Assembly: GCA_003971905.1 (NCBI GenBank)
Contig: RSEE01000033.1
Location: forward strand, 372,001-436,000
Direction of reading: 5' to 3'
DNA: 64,000 nt
Origin: Moniliella sp. 'wahieum'
Taxonomy: Eukaryota
Under the pieces are notes generated by a model. That model was not told the origin of the DNA, ran no database searches, and worked only from the letters and a program-made list of their open reading frames with translations. The position numbers were made by a program, and so were the translations under genes. The stretch's first letter is position 1. Every line of letters begins with the position of its first letter. Of the stretch, positions 52,266 through 63,309 are shown piece by piece.

Positions 52266-53550
52266 CTGATCCGTTACATCCGTCTCTGGCTGTGTATCCA
52301 TTAATTATCGGGTTATGTGTAAATCGCTATCGGGGTGTTGTGTGCATGACTGTTGTTCCATCTGTGATGGCATGGTCCTCTCGTCAATGGGATTGATTCC
52401 TAGCTGTATGACATCCCCTGTGTATCGACAGGCTCCTATACCCTTGAAGCAGGTATAGCGACCACGAGAGGACTATCAAGACGGCACAGTCGTTCATATG
52501 TGCTCCAATCATGGAAGATAACCAACGTGTATTCGGGAAAGAAACGGGGTACTATGCTCTCGTTCCCTCTTTACTTTTGGGGGAATGGGACGGTGTCCCA
52601 TGATATCAACTGGACCCCGCCTGTGCGGTGTCAAGGTGGAAGAGGGAGTCGTGCCTATATATGAATGCGCCTTCACGACTGGGTCAAACAGGTGGGTGGC
52701 TCAAAGGGGAGCGGTGAAGAAACGAAGGGGAGCGATGACCCACGGGGGAGACAGCGGTGGTGCCAAGGTTGGTGAGCTCTGTGATGAAAAGGCGAAGGAT
52801 TTCACTAGCGGAGGAGAAACGCGAGGCCGATAAAAGCGTAAGGAATAGCCATACAGAGGTTCTTCAACCGCTACTTCCGGGGTCTTGTTGCCCCTTGACC
52901 AGGATCATCCCTATAGGCGCCTCCCCTCCTATACCGACACCCACCTTCACATGATGGGGCTGCCTGCCATGCGCGTATGACGGGGTATCCGCCGCTGCGT
53001 GATAGGACACCACCCCCTTATCCGCCCGGACGCTCTCTCTTCTCCCGGTACCCACAGCTACGTGAGGCCCAACTCATCTCATCGCCTCCTGCACATCTAT
53101 ACTCAGAACCACATCTTCCATTCTCTCCCCCTTCAGGTGTAATACCGGTTCCCTCCTTTGGGCATCATCATTGCATCATTGTGCAATCCGACTGACAACA
53201 GAAGAGTGGGCCTCTACGGCGTTTAATCATAGCAGATGATGAGTGGGCTTCGTAATTGGAGGGAAGATGATGCGAGGAGTGTGAGATATGAAAAGAAACG
53301 TCAAACGTCACAAGCGTTAACAATCACAACGAAAGGTAGGATGATGTGGTCAGAACACAACAACAGTGAGAGTGTGCACAAGGGGGCATCAATGATGGAT
53401 GGACAGCTAAACGACAGTGTTCAAGAATAGTTTTCACGAGAGGAATAGGGATGTTGAGAGGATGAATGAGATTGAGCCGCCGCGGGACTCACAGGCCTGC
53501 AGCCGCGGGAGAGTGGTTCGCATTGACTCTCTGGCCCAAGCCTCTTTTTT

Positions 53551-55265
53551 TCAGCTGTGACGGGCAACCCTCCACGGCGAATTCGACGAAGCATCGGAAG
53601 TCCCGGCGACATAGTTTCCCCCACTTGAGCCAAAGACGTCGTCGATCTTCCTCCGAACGGGCCGCCAGAGCGCGAGCTCGGGCCCGAGCGTGTTCCGTTT
53701 TGGTCGCGACTTGAACCAAGGGTGGCACGTTGTGGGTTTGTTGGATGGGGACTTGGTCGGAACCCAAAGTGCTTGCATGGTGCCGATGAGTCTGATAGTT
53801 CGAGAGGCCGGTAGAATCCGACCGGGTTGGCCATCCAGCGTAGCCGCTTGGGTCATCGTGATGGGGGGATTAGGCCGGTATGATTTGTCCAGAAGACAGA
53901 ACCGTGAAGGGGAACAACCCCACTCTCCACCTGTTGTGGAAGAGGTGTTCTCTGTACGAGAAGAATTCTTGGGCGTGCGTTGCTCCTCCCATTTCTTGCC
54001 TCCATTTGAGCCAAGAGCTTGTTGAGAGACGCGGTTGCCCCACATTGTGCATGGCATCAGATGGAATGGAATTTGAACGCGGGGGGAAACGAATCCCCCA
54101 ACAGTACTGGATCTTGATCTTGTGTAGCCACTTCCCCATGGGCTGGCGCACGAGTTGGCGCTGGTCACGGACATCATGATGTTTTGTGTTCCCTAGCTAT
54201 GTTGGACGAACTTCGGCAAGGATACTGGGACCGTATCTGTGGAGTTGACATCGACGATGCATCCAGTGGAAACGATTCCAAACTAGCGGTATTGAGTTTC
54301 GAATGGCGTGCCTGATTTTGGAGGGAAGGAGAGCCAAGATCCGATTGCGTTCCTTTAGGACTGATGTTGGGTAGATAAAAAGAAGGCGAACTGGAACTTG
54401 GGCAGACACGGTTTTGGGTCGGGCTCGCCATCCCCGAGAAATTCGGTAACCCCGAGCTGGCCGACGACACACTTGTCGACCTGATCGATAGCCGAGTGAG
54501 ACCTGAAGATTGGGAGAAGTAGTACGATCATACTTGAGAGTGACCATCGTCGCGCTCGGAGGTGGCGAAAGAATTGTCCTTAAGGCCGCTGGTCGTGTTT
54601 GAGGTGCGAGAATCGTACTGGACGAGCATTCATATCGGTCTGTCCCCTGAGAAGAGAAATTAGATGCCCTCGGAGTCTGATATTCATCAGCGTAATGAGG
54701 CATCTTCATCATCGCTGAGCCGAGAGGAACGTATTCCAACGAGGTGTCGTGAATTTGGGAAGAGACATCCTCAAGGGAAAGGTTGTTGTTAGGGCCCTGA
54801 GCAATGCACAGGCAGAAGAGGTTCCACATATGAGCACAGTGTACGCAAGGCAAGAGTCCAAGGGGAATGTGACTCACATGTGCAGAGGACGGGCGTTGAA
54901 CGTTGGCATCCAGGGAGACCTCGCGGGATTCAATGCCAACAGAACGCCGAGGTGCATCAATGGTAGAGATGACTCCATGAACCAACGGAGCTAACTGCAT
55001 CTGGACAGGTTCCTGGTTGGAAATGGGCAAGCTCAAGGTGTGTTGCAACGGCAGAAGGCTCGCAGAGTCGGATAGGGGGGTGTTCCCTGTGAAGTCCTTG
55101 GGATTTTGGGTGTGGGCAGCCCTTTGGGGCTGGAAGACGTGAGGCCAGTGTCCTGGCTTCGACGGAGGACGTTGATGGCTTCGAGCTCAGCACGGACAGC
55201 TGTCCAGTCCCTCCGACTCTTGTCAGAGTCGAAGAAGGTAGCAGTGTTCCGCGGAAACGGGCCAT
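53551..55265 (-). CDS. Hypothetical protein (orphan)
   Basis: Chain of overlapping minus-strand ORFs and an in-frame 81-nt intron-like segment 54797-54877 (GTGAGT..GCTCAT..CAG). No domain recognised. Confidence 0.35.
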
Positions 55266-58010
55266 AGTGGTGAGATACTGGAAAGGGCGAGTTGAAGGGT
55301 GGAAGGTGGAAGGTGGAAGGTGGAAGGTGGAAGGAGGGAATTCGGAGGAGAGAAGAGGACTGATATACACTGGTGAGAGTCTTTTAGCTTTTTTAAGAGA
55401 GGATCTGGTGCAGTTGTGGGAGTGTGGGTGGAAAAGAGGGGCGAAGCATTGGAGATGGTGTCGGATGATATGTTGAGTATTTGAAGATGAAGATAGCGTT
55501 GACACGACGAGAGAAATCTATGTAAAGTGGATGTGGTGTAAAGCAAAACCGCACCTGCCGGACAGCGGTAATGAGAAGCTTGAAGGGAGCAAGCTTGGAG
55601 CAAGACGGGGGTTGGGGGCTGTGGGGGGCAAGAGTGGCGGGAAAAGATGATGTACATAGTGGTTTCGGGTTAGCATCACAGGTACACAGCGAGTAAGACT
55701 TCGCAATGTGCAACTAGCTGTTATGAGTGCGGGGTTAGTCCGGTTAGTCCCTTATAGTACTTTCAGGCATAAAGCTTTGAAGCTTGAAGCTCTTCGCAGG
55801 CCCCTCAGTCTGAGGACTGAGGTACCGCATGGGCACACCTCTGCCACCGGTGCGCCCTTTGACAACCGCGTCGTCCGCAACATCCAAGGACCCTCCACCT
55901 CAGGCCTCACTCCTCTTCCTATGCCTGGCCTACTGTTCCATCGTAACGTCCTATATTGCACTGGCTCAGTGTGTGCTCAGCCTGAGCGCTCAGCAGTGGA
56001 CACTGGTCACCGACATAGTACCCCACACACCCAACGTCCAACACTGTTGGGACCCGTGGTCCCGTACTTAGGCCAAGGCGCCTCATCACCCTTCACCCCT
56101 GATTTGTCCTCCGAAGCCTCCACGTGTATACTCAGGCTTGTCTGAACCCCTGTCTCTAGGTGTGGCACAAGGCTTAGACCTTAACCACCACCATCGCGAT
56201 TGCACTGCTCTACATTTCCAGAGGTTCTTCACCCAATCCCTTGGGTTCCTCCGGTCTTACAAACACCTCTCTCCGCTCCTTACCGGTTACCGGTTACCGG
56301 CCTTACCCACCACCCACCGGGGCCGCCCACAATTGCCTGGACGTAGGTGGGCCTTTTCCCAACTGCACCCTATTATATTACACCCTTGTGCTTCAAACTC
56401 GTCTCAGATAACTAGTAACTGTGGCAAAAATCCCTATATGGTATTCCAATCACTGTTCAACGTTCCTGTTACTCAGAGCCCCAATGAGCTTCATGTAGCC
56501 TAGAACATGTAACAGGGCTAGACCCTAAGGCCTAAGACCAATTCTCCCCACTCGCCTCGGTTCAACTTGTTCAACCAGTTTCGGTACGAGGGGCTATTGC
56601 ACGCGAAAAAAAAAACATCAGATCTCAGATCAGGAGTAGCTTGTGAGCCGTCCCCCAGGTCCCACAGCTCTTCAGAATGTTTCATCTGTCCATCACTGCA
56701 ATTGCCCCCACAGTGCGGCGACCATAAGAGTCCCACAGGCACCCACCACATATAATAGCACGGCCACACATGGCCGTAGCCATCGCCAGTAAACAAATTT
56801 TCTGATGGTGTGCACATACATACTGGAGCTTCGTATATGCTTTCCCCAACGACCAGTACGAGATGGATGAAAGGAACATTATATGTAAGGTGTTTCTGCG
56901 AGTTTTGCCAAGGGAAAACAGTAGTAGGGCTGTGTGGGAGCTACAAGGAAATTCGTGTAACACCTATTAAGTTCTTTTCCCCACACATCCTTATTACAGC
57001 TAGTAGCTATTACAGGCCCATCTGATCAAGCTGATCAAGGCCTCCGCATGTAACGCGGGCCATTACGCACAGAAGGTCCAAGATTGAAGGCAGATACCAT
57101 GGCGTTGCAGACCCAGAGGATGCAGGAGGCTATACCTTTGTTGCATGTCCTTTCGAAAAAAAGAACGCATGGCGCGGCGCGGGGGTCGGGCCGGCGGCAT
57201 AGAAAAGGCCGGCGGGCATTCCATCTCGCTGGTTGCCTCAACAACCCCCAACAGCATGTGAGGCCTGAGGTCGATGATCGACGATGATCGATGAGGCCGA
57301 TGAGGCCTCTCAGCCTGTTGGGCCCTGAGCCTGAGGAGGCCTTAGGCCTTACGAAGGTACCCTCCGTAGTATGACTTCAGGCCCACAGACCAGGGGCCGT
57401 TCCGAACGGTTTTAAAGAGCTTCCAATAGTCGTGGTATTTTTGCCATCTGTCACATGTCAGAAGCTGGAGCAGCTGACTCCCAGACGCATGAGATTGCGA
57501 GCAGTGGAACTCGGTAGCCCCTGTGCTGCACTGCCTGAGCTACCGGAGCTGTGCCTGTGGCGAAAGAGGGGAGGACGCAGGCAGACGGCTCGCAGACGGC
57601 GTGGGAGCGTCACGGCAGAATTGGGTTTTGTTGGATCCGCGTTCGGCGCTTTCTAGTTTCCTGGTAATGCAGCTTGCTGCCCCAGGCTGCCCCTTGAAAG
57701 CCCCTCCCCGCGTAAGAGCGACACCCTGCGACGCCGGGTGTCCGGGCATGGCACAGCGTAGCCTTTTTTCCTGATTCCAATTGATTATTCGCCTCCGAGA
57801 AATACGGCATTGCAGGACATTGCCAATTCCACCTGCTGAAGCTGCTGAAAAAGGGAGAAATGACAAAACCCTAGTGCGAGGATTGCTGCGGCATATATTC
57901 TGACCGGCTTACACTAGGGTTGCCATCGCACTTCGCGGCCGTGCTCACCCACGCCGCCCTCGCGCAACGGACGTCTTCACCACCTGAAGCACTCTAGCAC
58001 ACCAAACAGA

Positions 58011-58431
58011 ATGGTAAGTGACTTCTCATACTTCTTGCGTGAGGGTTGTGAGGTGCATCGGCATCCGGGCCTAGATGTAGAACCTGGCGGCGCGCGCATA
58101 TATGACCCTCTCTTTCGCTTGCCTCAAAATCGGGACGCTAACCCATCCGTCTGCAGTCCAAGCGTACGACGAAGGTTGGGATCACCGGCAAGTACGGCAC
58201 TCGTTACGGGTCGACTCTCCGCCGCCAAGTCAAAAGATCGAGATCTCCCAGCACGCCCGATACACGTGCGCCTTCTGTGGCAAGGACGCTGTCAAGCGCC
58301 GCGCTGTTGGCATCTGGGACTGCCGTGCTTGCAAGAAGCAGGTGGCCGGCGGTGCATGGGCCCTCTCTACCACGGCCGCTGCCACCGTTCGCAGCACCAT
58401 CCGCCGCCTGCGTGAGCTTTCGGATGCCTAA
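58011..58431 (+). CDS. RPL43: 60S ribosomal protein L43 (eL43/L37a)
   Basis: ATG, intron 58014-58156 (GTAAGT..GCTAAC..CAG), then [50 protein letters not shown]. Confidence 0.96.
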
Positions 58432-60831
58432 ACGCCATCGCGGTGCACTAGCCTCGGTCACTCTTCCCATTTTACATTCCCAACCTCGGTCTCGTTCCCA
58501 TTCCATTGCTCTATCATCTCAACTCCGCTATGCACCACTGATGGGGCTTGTCGGGTGAACAAACAGTTTTGCTTAGGCACTGGACTCCAGTACCTGCTTG
58601 CCGACGCACTCACTGGGAAATGCCGTGATGAGCGTGTCTTTTACCCTGACAGGTTGGAGGGGTCCGGTCCTGCACGCGGTTCATGTTGGTGAACTGCCCG
58701 CAAAAACCAATCATGCATGACGTCTATGCATCAACGAAGCATCGCGGTGGGAAGGACGGATGCCATATATAGGACTTTGTTCCACAAGAGTCCAGCCAGT
58801 CGACCCCCCTCGTGTTCAGCGCCTGTCTGGCTGTCGCGAATCATTGCTACTTTCAACGCATTCTATACAGCCCTGTGTATCTGCAGCGTATACCCTTCCA
58901 GAGGAGTTGAAGTGCTCGAGTGAGGTCACGACTGTGGTGGATGTATGTCGCCAACAAGTGATGGCGTGGTTCAGCCCCTTGAGTGTGAATTGATTATAGC
59001 CTCTCAAGTGTGTTGGTGCAGGATGGTGAGCAGGGTTGTATGGAGCACACACGCAGCCACACGATGTCAGGTATAATCCAGCTATAGCAGCCTGCAAACC
59101 CAACTAACATAGAATAGCCGATTGTGTTGGTTGCGTGCCCGTAAACCCATTACCCAGACAGATCCGATACCTACGACTACGATCTATACTCCTTTGGACA
59201 AAGTTCCATACCGAATGATCTATTCCCACGGCATATCGGCCTTCGTTATATCATACGCAATCTCGCCAGCGCAATTCGCTAGCTCCAACAGTGGCCACCC
59301 TCGAATCCGCATGGGTGGCTCTGCTCCCTCATCCGCCATCACCACTCTCCCATCATTTCCTTCCAAAATATGTACCGTATCATTCCCGACGCCAGCCTAT
59401 TCACCATCCCCGTGACACCAGCATCGGGTTTTCAGGCTTTCGTGTATGCATTTTGAACAGCCCTCCCTACATATCGGTTTGGAGCCCCATACACTTGTCC
59501 GGTGTAGACAAGTTCGGCAGCATTCTCTAAGCATATCCTTTGGTACCCTCTCTCCTTTTTCTCACTTACCATCATGCAATCAACATCGCCTATTTCACTT
59601 TGGATCTGAAGTAGACGGAATATTCTCTCCCCTACCTTCACAATGGGCTCCACCACTCAGCGAGTATAAGTTGGTTTTTGGAGCGAAATGTTCTTGGTAC
59701 ACTTCCCCCTTATTGGGGGGTTGCTAAGCAAACCGACACGCCGTACGTGAGTCCAAGGAGCAACGAAGACGACTTCCACCTTTTGCATTCTTTCCACCTT
59801 TTGCATTCTGGGCCCACAATCAAAGACCACACAGTCGAGGACAAAATCAGTCAGCCGTTGTCTCCTTTCCCTCGGCGGTGGGCTCGCTTGCAGATGTTCA
59901 AATTCTTACTGTTGGGGCAGGTCTCGCCTCAAGGGCAAATTACTAGACTGTTATCACGGTCAACCATACTGTGGCCTTGGCATCGTCGGTTTATCAATGC
60001 TTGAGGCGTTAATGTTGGAATTCTCCATCAGGGACAAACCCTGAAGTGAATATGGCGATGAACATTCGCTTGGTAATTCAAGTGGATTATGATATGGGGT
60101 CAATTTCCCCACTTTCTCTACTCTTATCCTTACGGCACCACATAAGGCGCCTCATCGGCCGCTAACAATTTTCTCAAAAGGCGGTTCAGCGACTTTGAAA
60201 ACCAGCTTCGTCAAACTTGGATCGTCTATTGCCTTATCCTATATGAGCCCCCATTCATTGGTGCGGCGGAAGGACTCCATGTGACGGATAATGAGCTCAT
60301 GGGACGGAGGCCTCACCAACATCGAATAGGAGACGTCACACCAGATTTTGGGATCCGCATCTCTGCTGACTCTCCTCAAAAATCCCTACTCAAGCCAAGT
60401 CGTCAAGGGATGGAAACCTGCCTTGGCTACATTCCGCGGGAGATTGACAGGCGGTGCCGAGAAAGGCAGAGTTTCCTACCTTCATCCTTTTCATCGATTA
60501 CCTTTTCTTCCTTTTTTAGTTCTTTCAGCTCTTCTCTTCTCTCTTTTTGTGTGGTAGTTGTGCATTTTCTTTGTTTATTGTTACAGGGCCTGGGGTATAT
60601 GCGTCAGTGTGGACATAGCGCCTCAAAAACAAAGAATCATCGGCCACTTCTGCTTTTGAATCGCCCGTTTATATCCTTTTTCGCTGGTCCTCCGCAAATC
60701 CCAGCTGGGTAGAATGAAATGGCGGGTGGCCAAAAGGTCACAACCGGTTGAAGTCGTTGAAGAGCCGGTGGAGTGAAATTTTAGTAGCCTAGCACGGCGC
60801 TGCCTTGTGAAACAGCCAGGCAAAGTGGGAG

Positions 60832-60893
60832 TGACTAGTGACTAATGGCTAGGCAAGGTGACCGGTGACTAGTGACTAGTGACTAGTGACTAG
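60832..60893. repeat. 7-bp array (TGACTAG)n with one TGACCGG unit, upstream of PEX5
   Basis: GTGACTAGTGACTA...GGTGACCGGTGACTAGTGACTAGTGACTAGTGACTAG. Confidence 0.9.
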
Positions 60894-61036
60894 AGTGACT
60901 ACTTGTCTGGCGCCGCCTCTGCTATGCCAGGCTGTTATTCAATGCCCTATGCCCCTTTCACCCCACGGCGGACTTAAGCCATCACGGTTCCTTCTTCCCT
61001 TCCTCCGTCACCTTGATCTGCATCCCCCCTCATACG

Positions 61037-63072
61037 ATGGCGTTTCAGGCCATAATGTCGGGCGCCGAGTGTTCGGCATCCAACAGCGCCCTTGGACAAT
61101 TCTTGAAGCACACCCAAGCAAGACGATCGCTCGCTCCATCAATCCCAGCTCGGTCCGACTCACTTCGGGCCCCTGGATCCAGCGCCTTTCGGTCAGCCGG
61201 CCCCGCGGGGCCCAGTGCCGCAGCGCCCCCCAAGGCTCATCTCCAATGGAGTTCTTGACCCATGGTCGTCCTGACATTGCGCCAGCGTTCGACTTGGGCC
61301 GAATGATGGGGAACATGAGCTTTGGCAAAAATGGAACTACCCCCGCGGCCTCCGTTGATTTCGAAGCTGCCTTCCGCGCCTCTCAGCCCGTGATTACTGG
61401 CCAGCCTACTACCTACTACCAAGCGTCTGCTCCGACTGGGTGGCAAGAACAGTTTCACCAACAAACACACCTGACTCCTTTTTCCGGGGGCGGTCTAGCA
61501 CCCTCCCCACAGCAGTCTAGGACAATGGGTGGGATGCGCTTGGGCATGGGCATGGGCGGCATGGGTATGATGGGCCGCCCGCTCATGTCATCCTCTCTCC
61601 GTATGGGAGGCATGGGTCAGTCCATACCCCAGCAACCCAAGGTGGTAGACGAGGAGCGTTTTACCCAACTTTCGGATGAGAAGTGGGAAGCCGAGTTTGC
61701 CAAGCTTGATGAGCAAGTGGGGGCGGACAAGGGCAAACAAAAACTCGGGAGGCACAACCGCATCAAATGGTGGACGAGACGGAGAAGTGCATGTTCAACA
61801 ATGCGGGTGAGTTTCAACAGGACAAAGGATCGGATTCCCAGACGGTTTCGGATCGGGCAGCCGTATCCGAGCCTGTGGAAGAAAACCATGCACCCGAAGC
61901 CTTATCTCAAGACCATGGCCAGGTGGAATCGACGAACTGGCTAGACCAAGATTTGGATTGACTATTTTATTACTGGGATGGGATCCATGGATGCACAGGG
62001 GAACCCGCGTCTGGGGGAGTACAAAATGCAAGGATCGAATCCGTTTCTCACCACCCGGACCCTTTGGCAGAAGGCGTAAAGCTTTTGGCGGACGGGGGGT
62101 CGCTGTCGGATGCTACACTCTTATTTGAAGCCGCTGCCCAAGGAACACTGTCATCACTTCTGGTACGCCGGAGGAGATAGCTCGGGTCACTCGGGAACGA
62201 TCGGAAGCATGGCGCCGGCTCGGCGAGGCACATGCGATGAACGAGATGGAGGTGTCGGCGATTCGAGCGTTGGAGAAGGCAGTGGAGATTGATGGCACTA
62301 ACGCGGAGGCCTACATCCCCCTGGCCGTGTCGTATATCAACGAGGGTTATGATGTAACCGCATGGCGCACGCTCACACGATACATCAACCTGGCCTACCC
62401 CCATCTTAACACGCCTGCAACTCAAGCAGAACCTTGGGGAGGGCTAACGAGGCGACCAATCTGTTTCTTCAAGCTGCCCGCGATGGTGCTGCGAAGGGGA
62501 TCGTGGATGCTGATGTGCAGGTAGGATTGGGCGTGTTGTTTTTTCTAATCAATCGTACTCCCAGGCCAAGGACTGCTTCCAATCGGCATTGGAAGTGCGG
62601 CCGGATGACTTTTTGCTGTGGAATCGGCTGGGTGCAGTGATGGCTAACTCGGGCAACTCGGAGGAAGCTATCTCGGCGTACCAGCATGCTCTCGAGCTGC
62701 GTCCTACTTTTACACGTGCGATCTACAATCTCAGTGTGTCATGTACGTTCATGCCCCCCGAAGCGTTTTCTGTTCCGTTGCTCACTGATCCTACTTTCAA
62801 CCAACACAGGCCTCAACTTGGGTGCCCATCACGAGGCTGCCGAGCACCTGCTAGCTGCTATTGCACTCCAACGCAACACACAACTCCCACAAGTCCCCGA
62901 GGAGGAAAACCAACGGGGATTCTCTTCCATTCCGGACGATTCCATGGAGAGCCAAAGCCTCTGGTCGACGCTGCGCCGTATCTTCGTTGGAATGGAGCGG
63001 ATGGATCTGGCGAGCAAAGCACACGTTGGCACTCCGCTCAGCGAGTTCCAGTCGCTTGGCTTTGAATTTTGA
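61037..63072 (+). CDS. PEX5: Peroxisomal PTS1 receptor Pex5
   Basis: [12 protein letters not shown] (conserved N-terminal Cys), WxxxF motifs (WQEQF, WEAEF), TPRs ([52 protein letters not shown]), [12 protein letters not shown]. Intron 62743-62809; frameshifts. Confidence 0.95.
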
Positions 63073-63155
63073 GTGAATGGCCTCTGCCCTGATGGCCTGA
63101 TGACGAGGTCATTGGCAACTTCATTTGCGAGCAAGCATCGACGCATTAGTACACG

Positions 63156-63309
63156 GCGACCACCACCTTTGGGAGCGCCCCTTGCGACCACCACCTTTGG
63201 GAGCGCCCCTTGCGACCACCACCTTTGGGAGCGCCCCTTGCGACCACCACCTTTGGGAGCGCCCCTTGCGACCACCACCTTCGGGTGCACACCCGGTGAC
63301 CACCACCCC
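63156..63309. repeat. 28-bp minisatellite
   Basis: GCGACCACCACCTTTGGGAGCGCCCCTT x4 perfect (63156, 63184, 63212, 63240), plus one diverged and one partial copy. Confidence 0.95.

Noticed and set aside
58620..58700. Possible C/D snoRNA (GTGATGA..CTGA) downstream of RPL43
   Set aside because: Boxes are only ~20 nt apart, with no terminal D box or stem and no recognisable rRNA guide.
885..63072. Mass pseudogenisation or programmed frameshifting
   Set aside because: Frameshifts hit essential genes (eIF3a, GPN3, RPL43, RPS13), mostly at homopolymers or short repeats, while the protein sequence stays conserved; best explained as long-read indel errors.
21767..63072. Peroxisome/lipid gene cluster (alcohol oxidase, CRC1, PEX5)
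   Set aside because: The genes are 15-20 kb apart and interspersed with unrelated housekeeping genes; co-occurrence is likely chance.
63156..63309. 28-bp repeat as a CRISPR array
   Set aside because: Units are directly adjacent with no unique spacers, there are no cas genes, and the context is eukaryotic.
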